From: the human T2T-CHM13v2.0 reference genome, Homo sapiens
Assembly: GCF_009914755.1 (NCBI RefSeq)
Contig: NC_060925.1
Length of the DNA: 64,000 bases
Reading direction: 5' to 3' (one strand)
The translations under genes and the position numbers were made by a program. Shown here one piece after another: positions 13,791-26,960 of the stretch. Position 1 is the stretch's first letter. Each line of letters begins with the position of its first letter. Below the pieces are notes generated by a model, which ran no database searches, was not told where the DNA came from, and was given only the letters and a program-made list of their open reading frames with translations.

Positions 13791-14527
13791 TTTACCTTTG
13801 ACGTTGCTTTATGTTCTTTATGAATTTGATTCCTAACGTCAGTCTCTCTATCCATCCCGCAACCTCATCACCCTACCTAAATACCACACTCATAGATTCA
13901 TAATTACAAAACAAAAGTCTACAAAAAGTCATCTATTGATGATGTTGAACATCCTGAAAAGACGGGTATTTTTTTTTCATTTTTGAAGTTTTCAAGCACC
14001 CTCCCTATATTTTGTGCCTGAGATGATGATCCACTATCTGCCATGTTGCTATAGCAGATGGATAATTTAACTCAGTAGTAGGAAGTTCTATAGGTTATCA
14101 CCCTATGAAACTCATATCTTTTGTATTAAAACCTCAATTCTTTATTTTCGAAGGGTGACTAGGAGAAACTTGGCATACTACCATAAATCAGAGAGAAGTT
14201 GAACTATAGCAATTTAATTGGATACATATTCATTGACTTCAAACCAGTTTTTTGTATATTTTCAAATAACTGTTGCTAGTTCTGCTTCCTGTTCTAAAAT
14301 GCTGAAATGGCAATCTTTTCCTTTGTATTCCTATAAGTAAATGCATTGGTTATTAGATTGATACATTACTCAGTTCCTGGTAAAGAAGTAGTTAGAAGCC
14401 CTGTTTGCTTTTAAGAATTTACTAATTTGTCATCCTTTTGATTACAAGGAATTCAATTTGCAACATGTGATGTCAATCTTTCTAGGCTTCTTTTGAGTGA
14501 GTTTTGAACTTTAGTTAAATAAAACAA

Positions 14528-14817
14528 CTTTTTTTTTTTGAGACAGAGTCTCAGTCTATTGCCAAGGCTGGAGTGCAGTGGCACGATCTTGGCTCACTGC
14601 AACCTCCACCTCCCGGGTTCAGGCAATTCTTTGCCTCAGCCTCCCGAATAGCTGGGATTACAGGCGCCCGCCACCATGCCTGGCTAATTTTTGTATTTTT
14701 AGTAGAGACGGGGTTTCACCATCCTGGCCAGGCTGGTCTTGAACTCCTGACCTCATGATCCACCTGCCTCGGCCCCCTAAAGGGCTGGGATTACAGGCAT
14801 GAGCCACTGCGCCCAGC
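14528..14817 (-). mobile_element. AluS
   Basis: Full antisense Alu dimer. Confidence 0.95.
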
Positions 14818-16874
14818 ATAAATAAAAAAAATTTAAACTATTATATAATTTAGGATTTTCAGGAATGAAGGTTGATTCTTTATAAACCAAATTTGATTTT
14901 GTGAGGTTTTGCAGAATTTAATTTTACTTGGCTAAATATGACTCATTATATGGTCACAGTTTTTTCAGTGATTAATTTGGTAAGAAATATTTTGTTTTCC
15001 TTCTTGGCATTATCATGAGTTATGGCTTCCTGTACACATTCCTGCCATTTTAGCTGTGTACTTTTTCTTTGAAGCTGCCATATGTTAACAACCCAAGAGA
15101 GATGGTATTTACTGGAGAGATCATCACTTGTTGCTAATTTGATTTTTCAGATTCTCTGAGCTCTTATAAAAGAGAGAGAGCATGCTGATGAATGTTTTCC
15201 TGCCCTGACTGCTTTGAGGAGCTAGTGTTTGCTGCCCTGGGCCCTTAGTCCTGTTATGTTTTGGACTTGGGGATGGCTACTGTGTCTAATCCACTTTCCA
15301 TTGAGGCTTTTCTGTAACTGGGGAGGGCTGGATCACTGTAGGGGTGGACAACCCTGAGTGAATGCACTGCAATTTAATATTTATGGCCGGTACAGAAACC
15401 ATCAAGAATTGCTTAAGGATTTACTGACTTGGCATCATCAAAAATTTATGAGGCAGGTATGCTCATATTCCACAAGCCTGCATAGTCATAGAATGTCGTT
15501 TTATTTTTCTTTTGACATTATGCTTTCTGGAGTCTTAATAACTCATTAACAACTGATGACACACTTTGCTTTTTGGTTTAATTATAACCAAATTTTATTT
15601 GCCAAAATGATGTTTAATTTTTGGTGTATTAACCCATTATGAATATCTCTCTTTTCCTATGTTTACTATGACTGCTTTACATTTCCAGTCTCCCCAAATC
15701 TGATATTTTCCTTCCCCAAGAAAGAACCAAATACAATTATATTACGATTGCATGGTCTGTCTGGTTTGGACAGGGTGACTGAAATCTTGGGCTTCTTTTT
15801 AACTCTGAATTGGATCCAGCATTCTACTTTGCTTCGTATGTACCAATCTTGTTGGGTGAGACATATACATTGGAATTTGGCAAGTGTTTGTATACCCTTC
15901 ACCCAACTCCACTGTTTTCAGAGACTGAGTAACAGTAGTGGCTGGATGCCAACTTCATGTCTGCCCTGAGAAGGTCACCAAACACGGACATTCCCCCGTG
16001 GTCTGGAATCCTGCAAATCTGTCAGCCTTTGGAAGTGAAGTGATTCTCCCCTAAAGATTATAGAGAAATTCTCTGAAGTCAAAGCTGATGAAATGTCTGG
16101 AGTTACTCTAGGATAAAATTTTAATTTATTTCAAAAAATACCTTTAGCATAAAATAAAATTTTTGAAATGAATGAAAAATGTTTATCATGCAACTTCTAT
16201 AACAGAGCCCCTGGTTGCATTTTTTTGCATTATCTTCTGTGCTTGCAGTACAGGAAAGCTTTTTACACACTTGTACTGAGAAAGAGGATGCAATTTTACA
16301 TCCTCTGTCTGTCCTTAACCTTATAGGACAATAGTGAGAGCATGGCACCAGTTAATCCTCGTAACTGTAGTTTGAGACAAATTTATCATTCCCAATCTAC
16401 CAATGTGTGAAACTGAGGCTCAGTGAATTAACAGAGTGGCTCAAGTTTCTGTATATGGGAAGTAAAGAACTGGAATGAGACTCATCTGTCTCACTTCAGA
16501 GCCATACTCTTCATTATACACTTCTGTGTCCCTGGTTGCATTATAATATTCCAATTTATTATTTTTTATGTACATAACAGTCCAAGGATCAATATACTGT
16601 GACTTACTTAACTACCTCCTTATTCTGAGGTGTTTAATGATTATTTCATGAATTTTTTCTGAAGATAAAGTGCCAAGATTGGGATTAATGACCCAAAGAA
16701 TGCAGTCATTTTTATGGCTTCATACATACTGCAGATTGATTTGCAGGTTATAGCAATTTAATTGATACTACCAATCCATCCTTTCTAATAATAAGCATTA
16801 TTTTTTAAAAGATTATTAGTATAATAACAGAGTGGTATTTAATTCATGCCTTGTTTTTGCATATCTTTGACTAA

Positions 16875-17184
<310 letters not shown>

Positions 17185-17202
17185 ACTTTTTTTCATTGTG
17201 TG

Positions 17203-17617
17203 TTTCACTCACGTCCGTGTGAAGAGACACCAAACAGGCTTTGTGTGAGCAACGAGGCTGTTTATTTCACCTGGGTGCAGGCAGGCTGAGTCTGAAAAGA
17301 GAGTCAGCGAAGGGAGATAGGGGTGGGGCTGTTTTATAAGATTTGGGTAGGTAAAGGAAAATTACAGTCAAAGGGGGGTTGTTCTCTGGCGGGCAGGAGT
17401 GGGGGGGTCACAAGGTGCTCAGTGGGGGAGCTTTTGAGCCAGGATGAGCCAGGAGAAGGAATTTCACCAGATAATGTCATCTGTTAAGGCAGGAACAGGC
17501 CATTTTCACTTCTTTTGTGGTGGAATGTCATCAGTTAAGGCAGGAACTGGCCATCTGGATGTGTACGTGCAGGTCACAGGGGATATGATAGTTTAGCTTG
17601 GGCTCAGAGGCCTGACA
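17203..17617 (-). mobile_element. HERV-H 3' LTR (LTR7)
   Basis: About 96% identical to 22771-23184. Preceded on the minus strand by polypurine tract AAGAAGACAGGAA (17618-17630); polyA signal at 17261-17266. Confidence 0.95.
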
Positions 17618-18613
17618 TTCCTGTCTTCTTATATTAATAAGAAAAATAAAATGAAATGGTGGTAAAGTGTTGGGATGGTGAAAAGTTTTGGAGGTGGTAT
17701 GGAGAGATAATGGGCGATGTTTCTCAGGGCTGCTTCGAGCGGGATTAGGGCGGCATGGGAACCTAGAGTGGGAGAGATTAAGCTGAAGGAAGATTTTGTG
17801 GTAAAGGGTGATATTGTGCGGTTGTTAGAAGAAACATTTGTCATTTAGAATTATTGGTGATGGCCTGGATATGGTTTTGTATGAATTGAAAAACTAAATG
17901 GAATAAGAGAAGGAGAAAAACAGGTATTAAAGGTCTAAGAATTGGGAGGACCTAGGACATCTAATTAGAGAGTGCCTAAGGAGATTCAGCATAGTCCTGC
18001 CAGCAAAGATTATTTATTTACTTCAAAAGTTAAGAGCGGCAGTTTGGGGATAGCACCAGGAGATATCAGCTGTGATGGCTTGGAAAAACAGTGTAAACCG
18101 GCAGCGTAAACAAGAGCAGGGCATGTATGAGTAGTTGAGAATGGTGAATAGGAGTATGACTAGACAGAAGATAGTAGGGATGACAAGTTTTTTGGGGCAC
18201 AGTCCAAGTTGGTCTGGTGTCTGGAATGAGACTGGGGCCTAATAAAAAGGAGCGTCCATACAGGAGCTCAAATGGGCTGTACCCTGTAGCATTCCGAGGA
18301 CAGGCCTGAATTCTGAGAAGGGAAAGTGGTAAAAGTATTGTCCAGTCCTTTTTAAGTTGGTGGCTGAGCTTGGTGAGGTGTGTTTTTAAAAGACCATTAG
18401 TCTGTTCTACCTTTCCTGAAGACGGAGGACCGTAAGGGATATAAAGGTTTCACTGAATACTAAGAGCCTGAAAAACTGCTTGGCTGATTTGACTAATAAA
18501 GGCTCGTCTGTTATCAGACTGTATTGAGGTGGGAAGGCTAAACTGAGGAATTATGTCTGACAGAAGGGAAGAAATGACTGCAGTGGCCTTCTCGGACCCT
18601 GTAGGAAAGGCCT

Positions 18614-19634
18614 CTACCCATCCAGTGAAATGGCTACCCAGGCTAAGAAGTATTTTAATTTTCTGACTTGGGGCATGTGAGTAAAGTCAATTTGCCAGTC
18701 CTGGGCAGGGGCAAATCCCCGAGCTTGATGTGTAGGGAAGGGAGGAGGCCTGAACAATCCCCAAGGGGTAGTAGAATAGCAGATGGAACACTGAGAAGTG
18801 ATTTCCTGGAGGATAGATTTCCAGGATGGAAAGGAAATGAGAGATTCTAAGAGACAGGGTAGCAGCTTGTAACCTATGTGGAAGAGGTTATGAAATGACA
18901 ACAGAATAGAATGGGACTGTGAGGCTGCAAGGAGATATTTTCCTTGGTCTAAGAACCATTTGCCTTGTGTGGGAAGAGACTGATAGGTGGAAGTTTCAGC
19001 AGGGGAGTAGGTGGGAATGACTGATGTGAAGGAGAAAAACTGGCCGTGAGGGACAGAAGTTGGAGAGCTAGCTGCTTGTCTAGCCACCTTATCAGCATAA
19101 GCGTTGCCTAGAGCAATGGGATCTGACGCCTTTTGATGGCCTTTGCAGTGAATGACTCCAGCTTCCTTTGGAAGTAAAGCCGCCTTGAGCAGAGTTTTTA
19201 TTAAAGAGGCATTAATGATGGAGGACCCTTGCGTAGTGAGGAAACCTCTTTCAGCCCATGTGACCACATGGTGGTGTATGATATGGAAGGCATATTTAGA
19301 GTCAGTATAAATATTGACGTGTCGTCCTTTTGCAAGAGTGAGGGCTTGAGTTAAGGCAACTAGTTCGGCTTTCTGAGAGGTAGTGGGGGGGGGTGGGCAG
19401 AGTGGTAGCCTTGATGATAGATGTGGAAGCTACTATAGCATAGCCTGCCTTTGCTGGTGAGTGGCGATTAGGCCTGGTGGAACTGCCATCAATAAACCAA
19501 ATGTGATCAGGGTGAGGAACAGGAAAGAAGGAAATATGGGGAAATGGGGTGAATGTTAGGTGGATCAGAGAGATACAGTCATGAGGGTCAGGTGTGGTAT
19601 CCAGAATAATGTGGGAGGCTGGATTGAAGTCCAT
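18614..19634 (-). pseudogene. HERV-H RNase H and integrase N-terminal remnant
   Basis: WFIDGSS…AGYAIV; VIHCKGHQK…GNAYADKVAR; integrase zinc finger (FHNLFH…CSIC) and DWQIDFTHMP; frameshifted and truncated. Confidence 0.9.
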
Positions 19635-20029
19635 GCCAGGAACAGTGGTAATTGTGGGACACTCAACAAAGAGTGAGTACAGCTGAAGGAGCTGGGGGAG
19701 CAGAAAGTATATGCCTCAGGTGTGAGGAAGAAAATAGATTTTGGAAGTTATGAGAACTGTAGAGAGTGAGTTGAGCATAGTTTGTGATTTTGAGGGCCTC
19801 TAAAAGTATTAAAGCAGCGGCAGCCGCTGCACGCAGACATGAGGGCTAGGCTAAAACAGTAAGGTCAAGTTGTTTGGACAGAAAGGCTACAGGGTGCGGT
19901 CCTGGCTCTTGTGTAAGAATTCTGACCTCACTAACCATGCCTAGGAAGGAAAGGAGTTGTTGTTTTGTAAGGGATTGAGGTTTGGGAGATTAGTCAGACA
20001 TGATCAGCAGGGAGAGCATGTGTGTTTTT

Positions 20030-20556
20030 ATGAGAATTATGCCGAGATAGGTAACAGATGAGGATGAAATTTGGACTTGACTGAAGTAATGGGGGCTGTC
20101 TGTGAAGCCCTGTGGCAGTACAGCCCAGGTAATTTGCTGAGCCTAATGGGTGTCAGGGTCAGTCTAAGTGAAAGCGAAGAGAGGCTGGGATGAAGGGTGC
20201 AAAGGGATAGTAAAGAAAGCATGTTTGAGATCCAGAACAGAATAATGGGCTGTGGAGGGAGGTATTGAGGATAGGAGAGTATATGGGTTTGGCACCACGG
20301 GGTGGATAGGCAAAATAATTTCATTGATAAGGCGCAGATCCTGAACTAACCTGTAAGGCTTGTCTGGTTCTAGGACAGGTAAAATGGGGGAATTATAAGG
20401 AGAGTTTATAGGCTTTAAAAGGCCATGCTGTAACAGGTGAGTGATAACAGGCTTTAATCCTTTTAAAGCGTGCTGTGGGATGGGATATTGGCGTTGAGTG
20501 GGGTAAGGGTGATTAGGTTTTAATGAGATGGTAAGGGGTGCATGATCGGTCACCAA
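20030..20556 (-). pseudogene. HERV-H reverse transcriptase remnant (stops, catalytic YxDD deleted)
   Basis: Motifs QYPIP, SPYNSPILPV, YRLVQDLR, VLDLKHAFFTIPL and LPQGFTDSP are present, with in-frame stops. Confidence 0.9.
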
Positions 20557-20772
20557 GGAGGGAGTAGAGGTATCTTATACTTGTGGGTTAAGGTGGGGGG
20601 ATACAAGAGGAGGATGCAAAGGAGGCTTTGGATTGGGAAGAAGGGCGGCAATGAGATTCAGCTGTAGTCCAGGAATAGTCAGGGAAGCAGATAATTTAGT
20701 TAAAGTGTCTCAGCCTAATAAGGGAACTGGACAGGTGGGGACAATTAAAAAGGAGTGCTTAAAAGAGTATTG

Positions 20773-20964
20773 TCAAAGTTGGCACCAGAGTTGGGGAGTT
20801 TTAAGAGGTTTAGAAGCCTGGCCGTCAATATCTACAACAGTTATGGAGGCAAGGGAAACAGGCCCTTGAAAAGAAGGTAATGTGGAGTGGGTAGCCTCCA
20901 TATTGATTAAGAAGGGGAAGGACTTACGCTCCACTGTGAGAGTTACCCAAATCTCGGCATCCAT
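20773..20964 (-). pseudogene. HERV-H protease remnant
   Basis: FLINMEATHSTL is a degenerate FL(I/V)DTGA motif with the catalytic Asp lost. Confidence 0.8.
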
Positions 20965-22750
20965 GATGGTCTAGGGGGCTTCCAAGGCGATTTGGCAGTG
21001 TCAGTCTTCAGCTGCTAAGCTGAGAAGATCTGGGAAGGAGTCAGTCAGAGAGCCTTGGGCCAGAGTTCCAGGGGCTCTGGGAGTGGCTGCCAGGTGAGTT
21101 GAACAGTCCGATTTTCAGTGGAGTCCCGCACAGATGAGACGCGGCTTAGGAGGAATCCTGGGCTGCGGGCATTCCTTGGCCTGGTGGCCAGATTTCTGGC
21201 ACTTGTAGCAAGCTCCTGGGGGAGGCAGGCCTGGAGGAACTCCTGGTCACTGCGGTTTAGGCATTTGGAAGTTCTTGTGTGCTGGAGATGTGGCTGGGGT
21301 TTGTCTCACAGTGGAGGCAAGGAATTGCAACTCAGAAATATGTTGCTACTTGGCTGCCTCTACTCTATTATTGTACACCTTGAAGGCACGGTTAATGAAG
21401 TCCTGTTGTGGGGTTTGAGGGCTGGAATTTAATTTTTGGAGTTTTATTTAATGTCCAGAGCAGATTGGGTAATAAAATGTATTTTGAGAATAAGACGGCC
21501 TTTTGACCTTTTAGGGTCCAGGGCTGTAAAGTGTCTCAGGGTTGCTGCCAAACGAGCCATGAACTGGGCTGGGTTTTTATAGTTGCTGAAAAAGAGCCTA
21601 AACACTATCTGATTTGGGATAAAGAAAAAGGAGCATTAACCTTGACTATGCCTTTAGCTCCAGCCACCTTTTTAAGAGGAAATTGCTGGGCAGGTGGGGG
21701 AGGGCTAGTCATGGAACGAAACTGTAAGCCAGACCGGGTGTAAGGAGGAGAGGTGATAAAAGGATTATAGGGTGGAGGAGTGGAGGCCGAGGAAGAATTT
21801 GGACCTAGCTTGGCCTGGTGAGGAGGGGAGAGGTCAGATGGGTCTGTAGAAAAGGAAGATTAGAAAGACTTAGCGACGCTTGGGGTTGGGACTGAGGGGA
21901 CAGGCAGGAGGGAAAGAAGGAAGATTTGGGATGAGTTGTACTGGGAACAGAGACTAGGGAGGGACCGATGTGTAAAAGAATGTCTGGACGTCAGGCATCT
22001 CAGACCGTTTGCCCATTTTATGACAAGAATTATTTAGATCTTGTAGGATGGAAAAATTGAACGTGCCGTTTTCTGGCTATTTGGAACCACTGTCGAGTTT
22101 GCATTGGGGTCAAGCGGCATCGCAGAAGAAAATAAGGCATTTAGGTTTTAGGTCAGGTGTAAGTTGAATAGGTTTTAGGTTTTTAAGAACACAGGCTAAG
22201 GGAGAAGAAGGGGGCAATGGGGGGCAGAAGCTTGCCCATAGTGAAGGAGGCAAGCCCAGAGAAAAGAGAGAGTAGAGACACGGAGAGAAGGGATGGGGGG
22301 TTCTTGCCCCCTAGAAAAGCTGTACTTGCCACTAACGGTGAAGGACCAAGGCAGGCGTCCCTGCATGGTCAGACACCTCTGAAACGTGGGTGAATAATCA
22401 TGCAGACATCCCCGTGTGATTAAACACCAAGCGAAGACTGTCTTCCCGAGTCCGTGAACAGCGCCAGAGTTTTGGGTCCACAGATAAAACGCGTCTCCTT
22501 CATCTCTACCAGAAAAGGAAAGGAACTGAAATTAAGAGAAGGGAGAGATTGAAGTGTGGCGCCAAGATTGAAAGGAAAAAGAGGTTGAGGGATAGTGAGA
22601 GAGGTTGGAGAAGAGAGTAAAAAGAGGCCGCTTACCAGATTTAAAATTGGTGAGATGTTCCTTTCTGAGGACCAGAGGTCATAGGTGGATCTTTCTCACA
22701 GAACAAAGAGCAGGAGGACAGGGGATTGATCTCCCAAGGGGGGTCCCCCG

Positions 22751-22768
22751 ATCTGAGTCACGGCACCA
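22751..22768 (-). other. Primer binding site complementary to tRNA-His
   Basis: Minus strand reads TGGTGCCGTGACTCAGAT, one mismatch from the His PBS TGGTGCCGTGACTCGGAT, 2 nt from the 5' LTR. Confidence 0.93.
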
Positions 22769-22770
22769 AA

Positions 22771-23184
22771 TTTCACTCGCGTCGGTGTGAAGAGACCGCT
22801 AAACAGGCTTTGTGTGAGCAACAAGGCTGTTTATTTCACCTGGGTGCAAGCGGGCTGAGTCCGAAAAGAGAGTCAGCGAAGGGAGATAGGGGTGGGGCTG
22901 TTTTATAAGATTTGGGTAGATAAAGGAAAATTACAGTCAAAGGGGGGTTGTTCTTTGGCGGGCAGGAGTGGGGGTCACAAGGTGCTCAGTAGGGGAGCTT
23001 TTGAGCCAGGATGAGCCAGGAGAAGGAATTTCACCAGATAATGTCATCAGTTAAGGCAGGAACAGGCCATTTTCACTTCTTTTGTGGTGGAATGTCATCA
23101 GTTAAGGCAGGAACTGGCCATCTGGATGTGTACTTGCAGGTCACAGGGGATATGATGGCTTAGCTTGGGCTCAGAGGCCTGACA
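22771..23184 (-). promoter_or_regulatory. HERV-H 5' LTR (LTR7, type I)
   Basis: TATAAAA on minus strand (ttttata 22901-22907), AATAAA on minus strand (22830-22835), and a 51-bp-period internal repeat at 23040/23091. Confidence 0.95.
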
Positions 23185-26100
23185 GTGTGTTGTCTATGTC
23201 CTTTGTCTATTGGTTTTATTTTGAAGGAGGCACCTAGTGGTTTTCTTCTCTTTATATAATATGGTTATCAATCATTTTTTCCTATTTGTATGTGTGTGTG
23301 TATTTGTGAAATTAACCCCTCATCATGATTAATAGTGGACCAAGAACAAAGTATAAAAAATAATATCATGTTGAGATAACGGCGTAGAATGGATTTTAAA
23401 CTTCTTAAGGCATTAGGGTGCAAATGATGTACTAAACAACATAGACCGATCTTTCTGAGTAAAAACATTCTATTTCCACTCTGTGTATTAATATGCATTG
23501 GACCTGGCCTTTCAAACAAATGTGATATTCAGGGAACTGCCGCAATTGAGACCTTAATAAACCAGTTTCACTTTTTTCAGTAAATCTGTGAAAGCTATTA
23601 TTTTACATTTTCTCCACTGTTAAAATACAGAAACTGAGAGAAGTACTCAGTATCCTACCCAAGACCTTATTTTTCTTCAGGATGCATCTCATGTTTTGTA
23701 CTTCACTGTCTTTGGCTGTTTTTTTCTTTATTATTTCCCATTTTCTTAAGTTGATCCATTATAAAAACAACTCCTGCTTACAGGACTATTTTTTTCCTTC
23801 CAGAGGCGTGCTGTTATTTCATAGGTGAACGGATAGTGTCCTGATGGTGTCTGTGGCCCTTGAAGCTGCAGTTTAAGGAGGGGGTTCAAAGAAATGGTAG
23901 AGAAAGGTCGTCCCTGTCCTGGAAGGATGCCAGATAGGATGACCTTTGAAACTGTCATCAGGGGCATGAAAAATGGGTTTGCAATAGTTCCCTGCCCTTC
24001 TCTGCATAAACGATATACAGCATTTGATATTAAGGCAAATATCCTTTTCCATTGATGATGTGTAATCATAAATCATAAGAAATTTCTATGATTTCGGATT
24101 CAGGAAGGCACCTTTCTACCTGTTGCAGCTGTTGGGAGTCATTCTCCCTCCAGCCCGACTATGTCTTCCCACGGCTTTTGGCTGCTCCCATTGGCTTTCA
24201 CATTCTCCTCTCCACCTTTGGACTATCCCCTACCCTTATCTATCCACACATTCACTTCCTACATTCCTTCCATGCCTAATCAGGACAGCTCCTCTGACCA
24301 CCTTAACTTCCCAGGATGTCCGCGTGCTCTGGATAAAGTGCGCTAAGCCCCGCCCCGCCCCTCCCCGTGTGATCTGAGTCGGGCCCCACTGACTTTCCTG
24401 TACACACATCCTCTGTCCTCCTTGGACCCATATTTGTAGTCAGTCTCTCTGTTCCCACTCTGCATGGCACTTGACCTGATGCTGGGAAGGTAATCATTAT
24501 CCTTCCCTTAATGTTTCAGGATTATTCATTCTATTTTGCCACATCTAATGTAATATTTAATAGCATCTATGAAGAAGACTGAAGACTATAAATAAATGCT
24601 CTCTTTAGTATTGAGAAGGTTTTATACAATATAAAATTTAGAGTACATTTTTTTCTCAGGAGGTCTGACATTAATATTAATCGTGAGCCCCAAAGTAGAA
24701 GCTTTTATATTTTAGCATAATGAAGTTTACCATATGTTTCAAAGTCACTTGCAATTGTGCTTCTCATAATGACAATTAGAAAGGTCATCCTGTCTTGCCA
24801 GGCTCCATTAGGTATATAAACCAGCTCGTGGCTGTCACCGTGAAATGTGTTAAGGCACTTGTATGCAAATTCAAGGGGAGACATGATATTTTTTATCCCA
24901 AAGTGTAGCTGTTTACAACTAATTACCAAACACGGAACAAGCCTATTGTTTGCCTTTACATGATATATGGGCATAGAAGTTTCTAAAGCAAATTCTCCTC
25001 TGTCTTTTCATTGATTAAATTATATGAAGTCACCCTCTTCCATGAAGCATTACATGATGAGGTCCCCAAAGCACTGAATAAAGAAATTTGTCATTAAGAC
25101 ACTGGTGTATTTCTGATCTATATATTTTTTTTCTGCTTCACTCGAAAAACTTATTATCTGCATGAAAGTATGGAAACTGTTATTGTATTTAACTCTCTAC
25201 ATGTGAACCTTGAAGAAATGATGGGGCGAAGGTGAAATGAAAGGGAGGAGGTGAGGAGGTGGCACAAGTAATGTTTTCTTATGGAACTTGTAGAGGGATA
25301 AACCTACATTAGAATCAAAGCAGGTAATTCCTGGGAAACTGAAGCATGCCATTGTGGATGTGGGTCATGGGAACTGATGCTGGAAAAAAATAGTTCCTAA
25401 TCTGGTTTGGGAATGGCAAATTTCGTTGCCACAATTGAAATATTAATATACTTCTTTGTATGAATGCCCTTTCATTTATGCCTTTTTTTTCTTTAAGAGG
25501 CATTTTTTCTCTAAGACAGGCTAAACTTCTGTATTCAAGCCTTTAGAGTTTGCAAACATTTATCAATAGATAAGAAAGATAGATAAAAAGTCCTGGATTC
25601 ATTAATGCACAGCCATGGTCTCTACAGTTTTGAAATTTCTCACTTGGGAGAATACTGGAGAAGAACCTGTGGCCCGTGAAGCATTTGACTGTTAATATTT
25701 CGTACTATTCAGATGCTTTAATTTAAAAAATTAATCTATGAATTTAACATATATTCATGGGATGCAGACACTGCAGAGAGCTGCCTCTTCCTGGACTTTG
25801 TGTTTGAACTGTGTTCCGGTTGCTTAAGCACCCATCTATCTGGAATGGTTTGTGTTCAGGTTTTCCAGAGGAAAGGATGACTCCATGTTCCTCAAGGAAC
25901 TTTCCAGGCAAATGAATTTGTTATTTTTTAATATTAAAAATGATCCTCTTTATTGAGAGTGATAGACTAAGGGAGGAATAAACAGTTGTAATAGCCCTGT
26001 GACACATAAGCGGAGAAAAAAACCCCCTCCATGCTTATGTAAATAGGAAGGAGAACAACTGTAGCAAGAATATAGAAAAGGACTCCTTTCTTCTCTCTTC

Positions 26101-26369
26101 CACTCTCGTTTTTTGCCCTTTGGCCTAAAGCTGTTAACATTGGGTGAATGTCCCTGTCGTCATCTTGCATTATATCTCACGTTCTGTTTGTTATTGATAG
26201 GGATGGATATCTGAGAGTCTATATCAAGAGTTACATGTAAGTTTGTGTAAGGCCCTTCTTTTGCTTCTACATTTTTGCTCGTTGTATGGATGCATTTTGT
26301 AGGACTGTGAGCTTATATTTAAAACACCTGTGCGGCAGTGGACCCTTGTCACCGCCTGGCCTCTCATTC

Positions 26370-26960
26370 AGAAGCCTTAGCTGTTCCTCAACTCCTACAA
26401 CACATGTTGAGCGCCTCTCAGGTGCCAGCTACTGTAATAGGCACTGGGGAGTGGAAGGGTGACAAGATGTGATTCCTGACCTCGAGAGCTTTGCAGTCAC
26501 TGGTGGAGGAGGCACATGTACACAGCAAATAGGGCACGATGTGTTGAAGGATGAAATGAAGCAATAAACAATAGGTATCAAGACAGCAGAGATAAGGACA
26601 ACCAAGGATGCCTTCGAGGAGCCAGGGAGAGCCTCACAGAGGAGGCAGGGCATGCACCGTGGCTTGGGGATGGAAGGGGCAGAAATAGTGTTGTTTTAGG
26701 GAAGAGGAGAGCACAGACTCAGAGGTCGGAGGAACGTGGCACATCTAGGAGACAGGGATCCAATCCCAGCCCTACCACTTAGCAGCTGTGTAACTTTGGG
26801 AAAGTTTGCTAATCACTCTGAGTATGTTTCCTCCCACGTAAAGTAGAAATACTACTACTACTAATATTGACCTCTTAGGACCATGAGTAGATAAAGTAAT
26901 AATACATGTAACAATCTTGGCTTAGTGCCCTAGCGTATCATAAGGACTCAATAAATATTA
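26370..26960. mobile_element. L2 and MIR fragments
   Basis: …catgttgagcgcct…gtgccag… (L2-like); …atcccagccctaccacttagcagctgtg…tcaataaatattag (MIR). Confidence 0.55.

Larger units (their letters stand above)
17203..23184 (-). mobile_element. HERV-H provirus, common internally deleted ~6 kb type, two LTRs
   Basis: Two ~415-bp direct repeats starting TGTCAGGCCTCTGAGCCCAAGCTAA on the minus strand; 5-bp TSD GTGTG at 17198-17202 and 23185-23189; His-tRNA PBS; PPT; pro/RT/RNaseH/IN remnants. Confidence 0.97.

Noticed and set aside
18614-20964. HERV-H ORFs as functional RT, integrase or protease genes
   Set aside because: They contain stops and frameshifts, lack YxDD and the protease Asp, and the integrase is truncated before a complete catalytic core.
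22751-22768. tRNA-His sequence match read as a tRNA gene
   Set aside because: It is only the 18-nt retroviral primer binding site.
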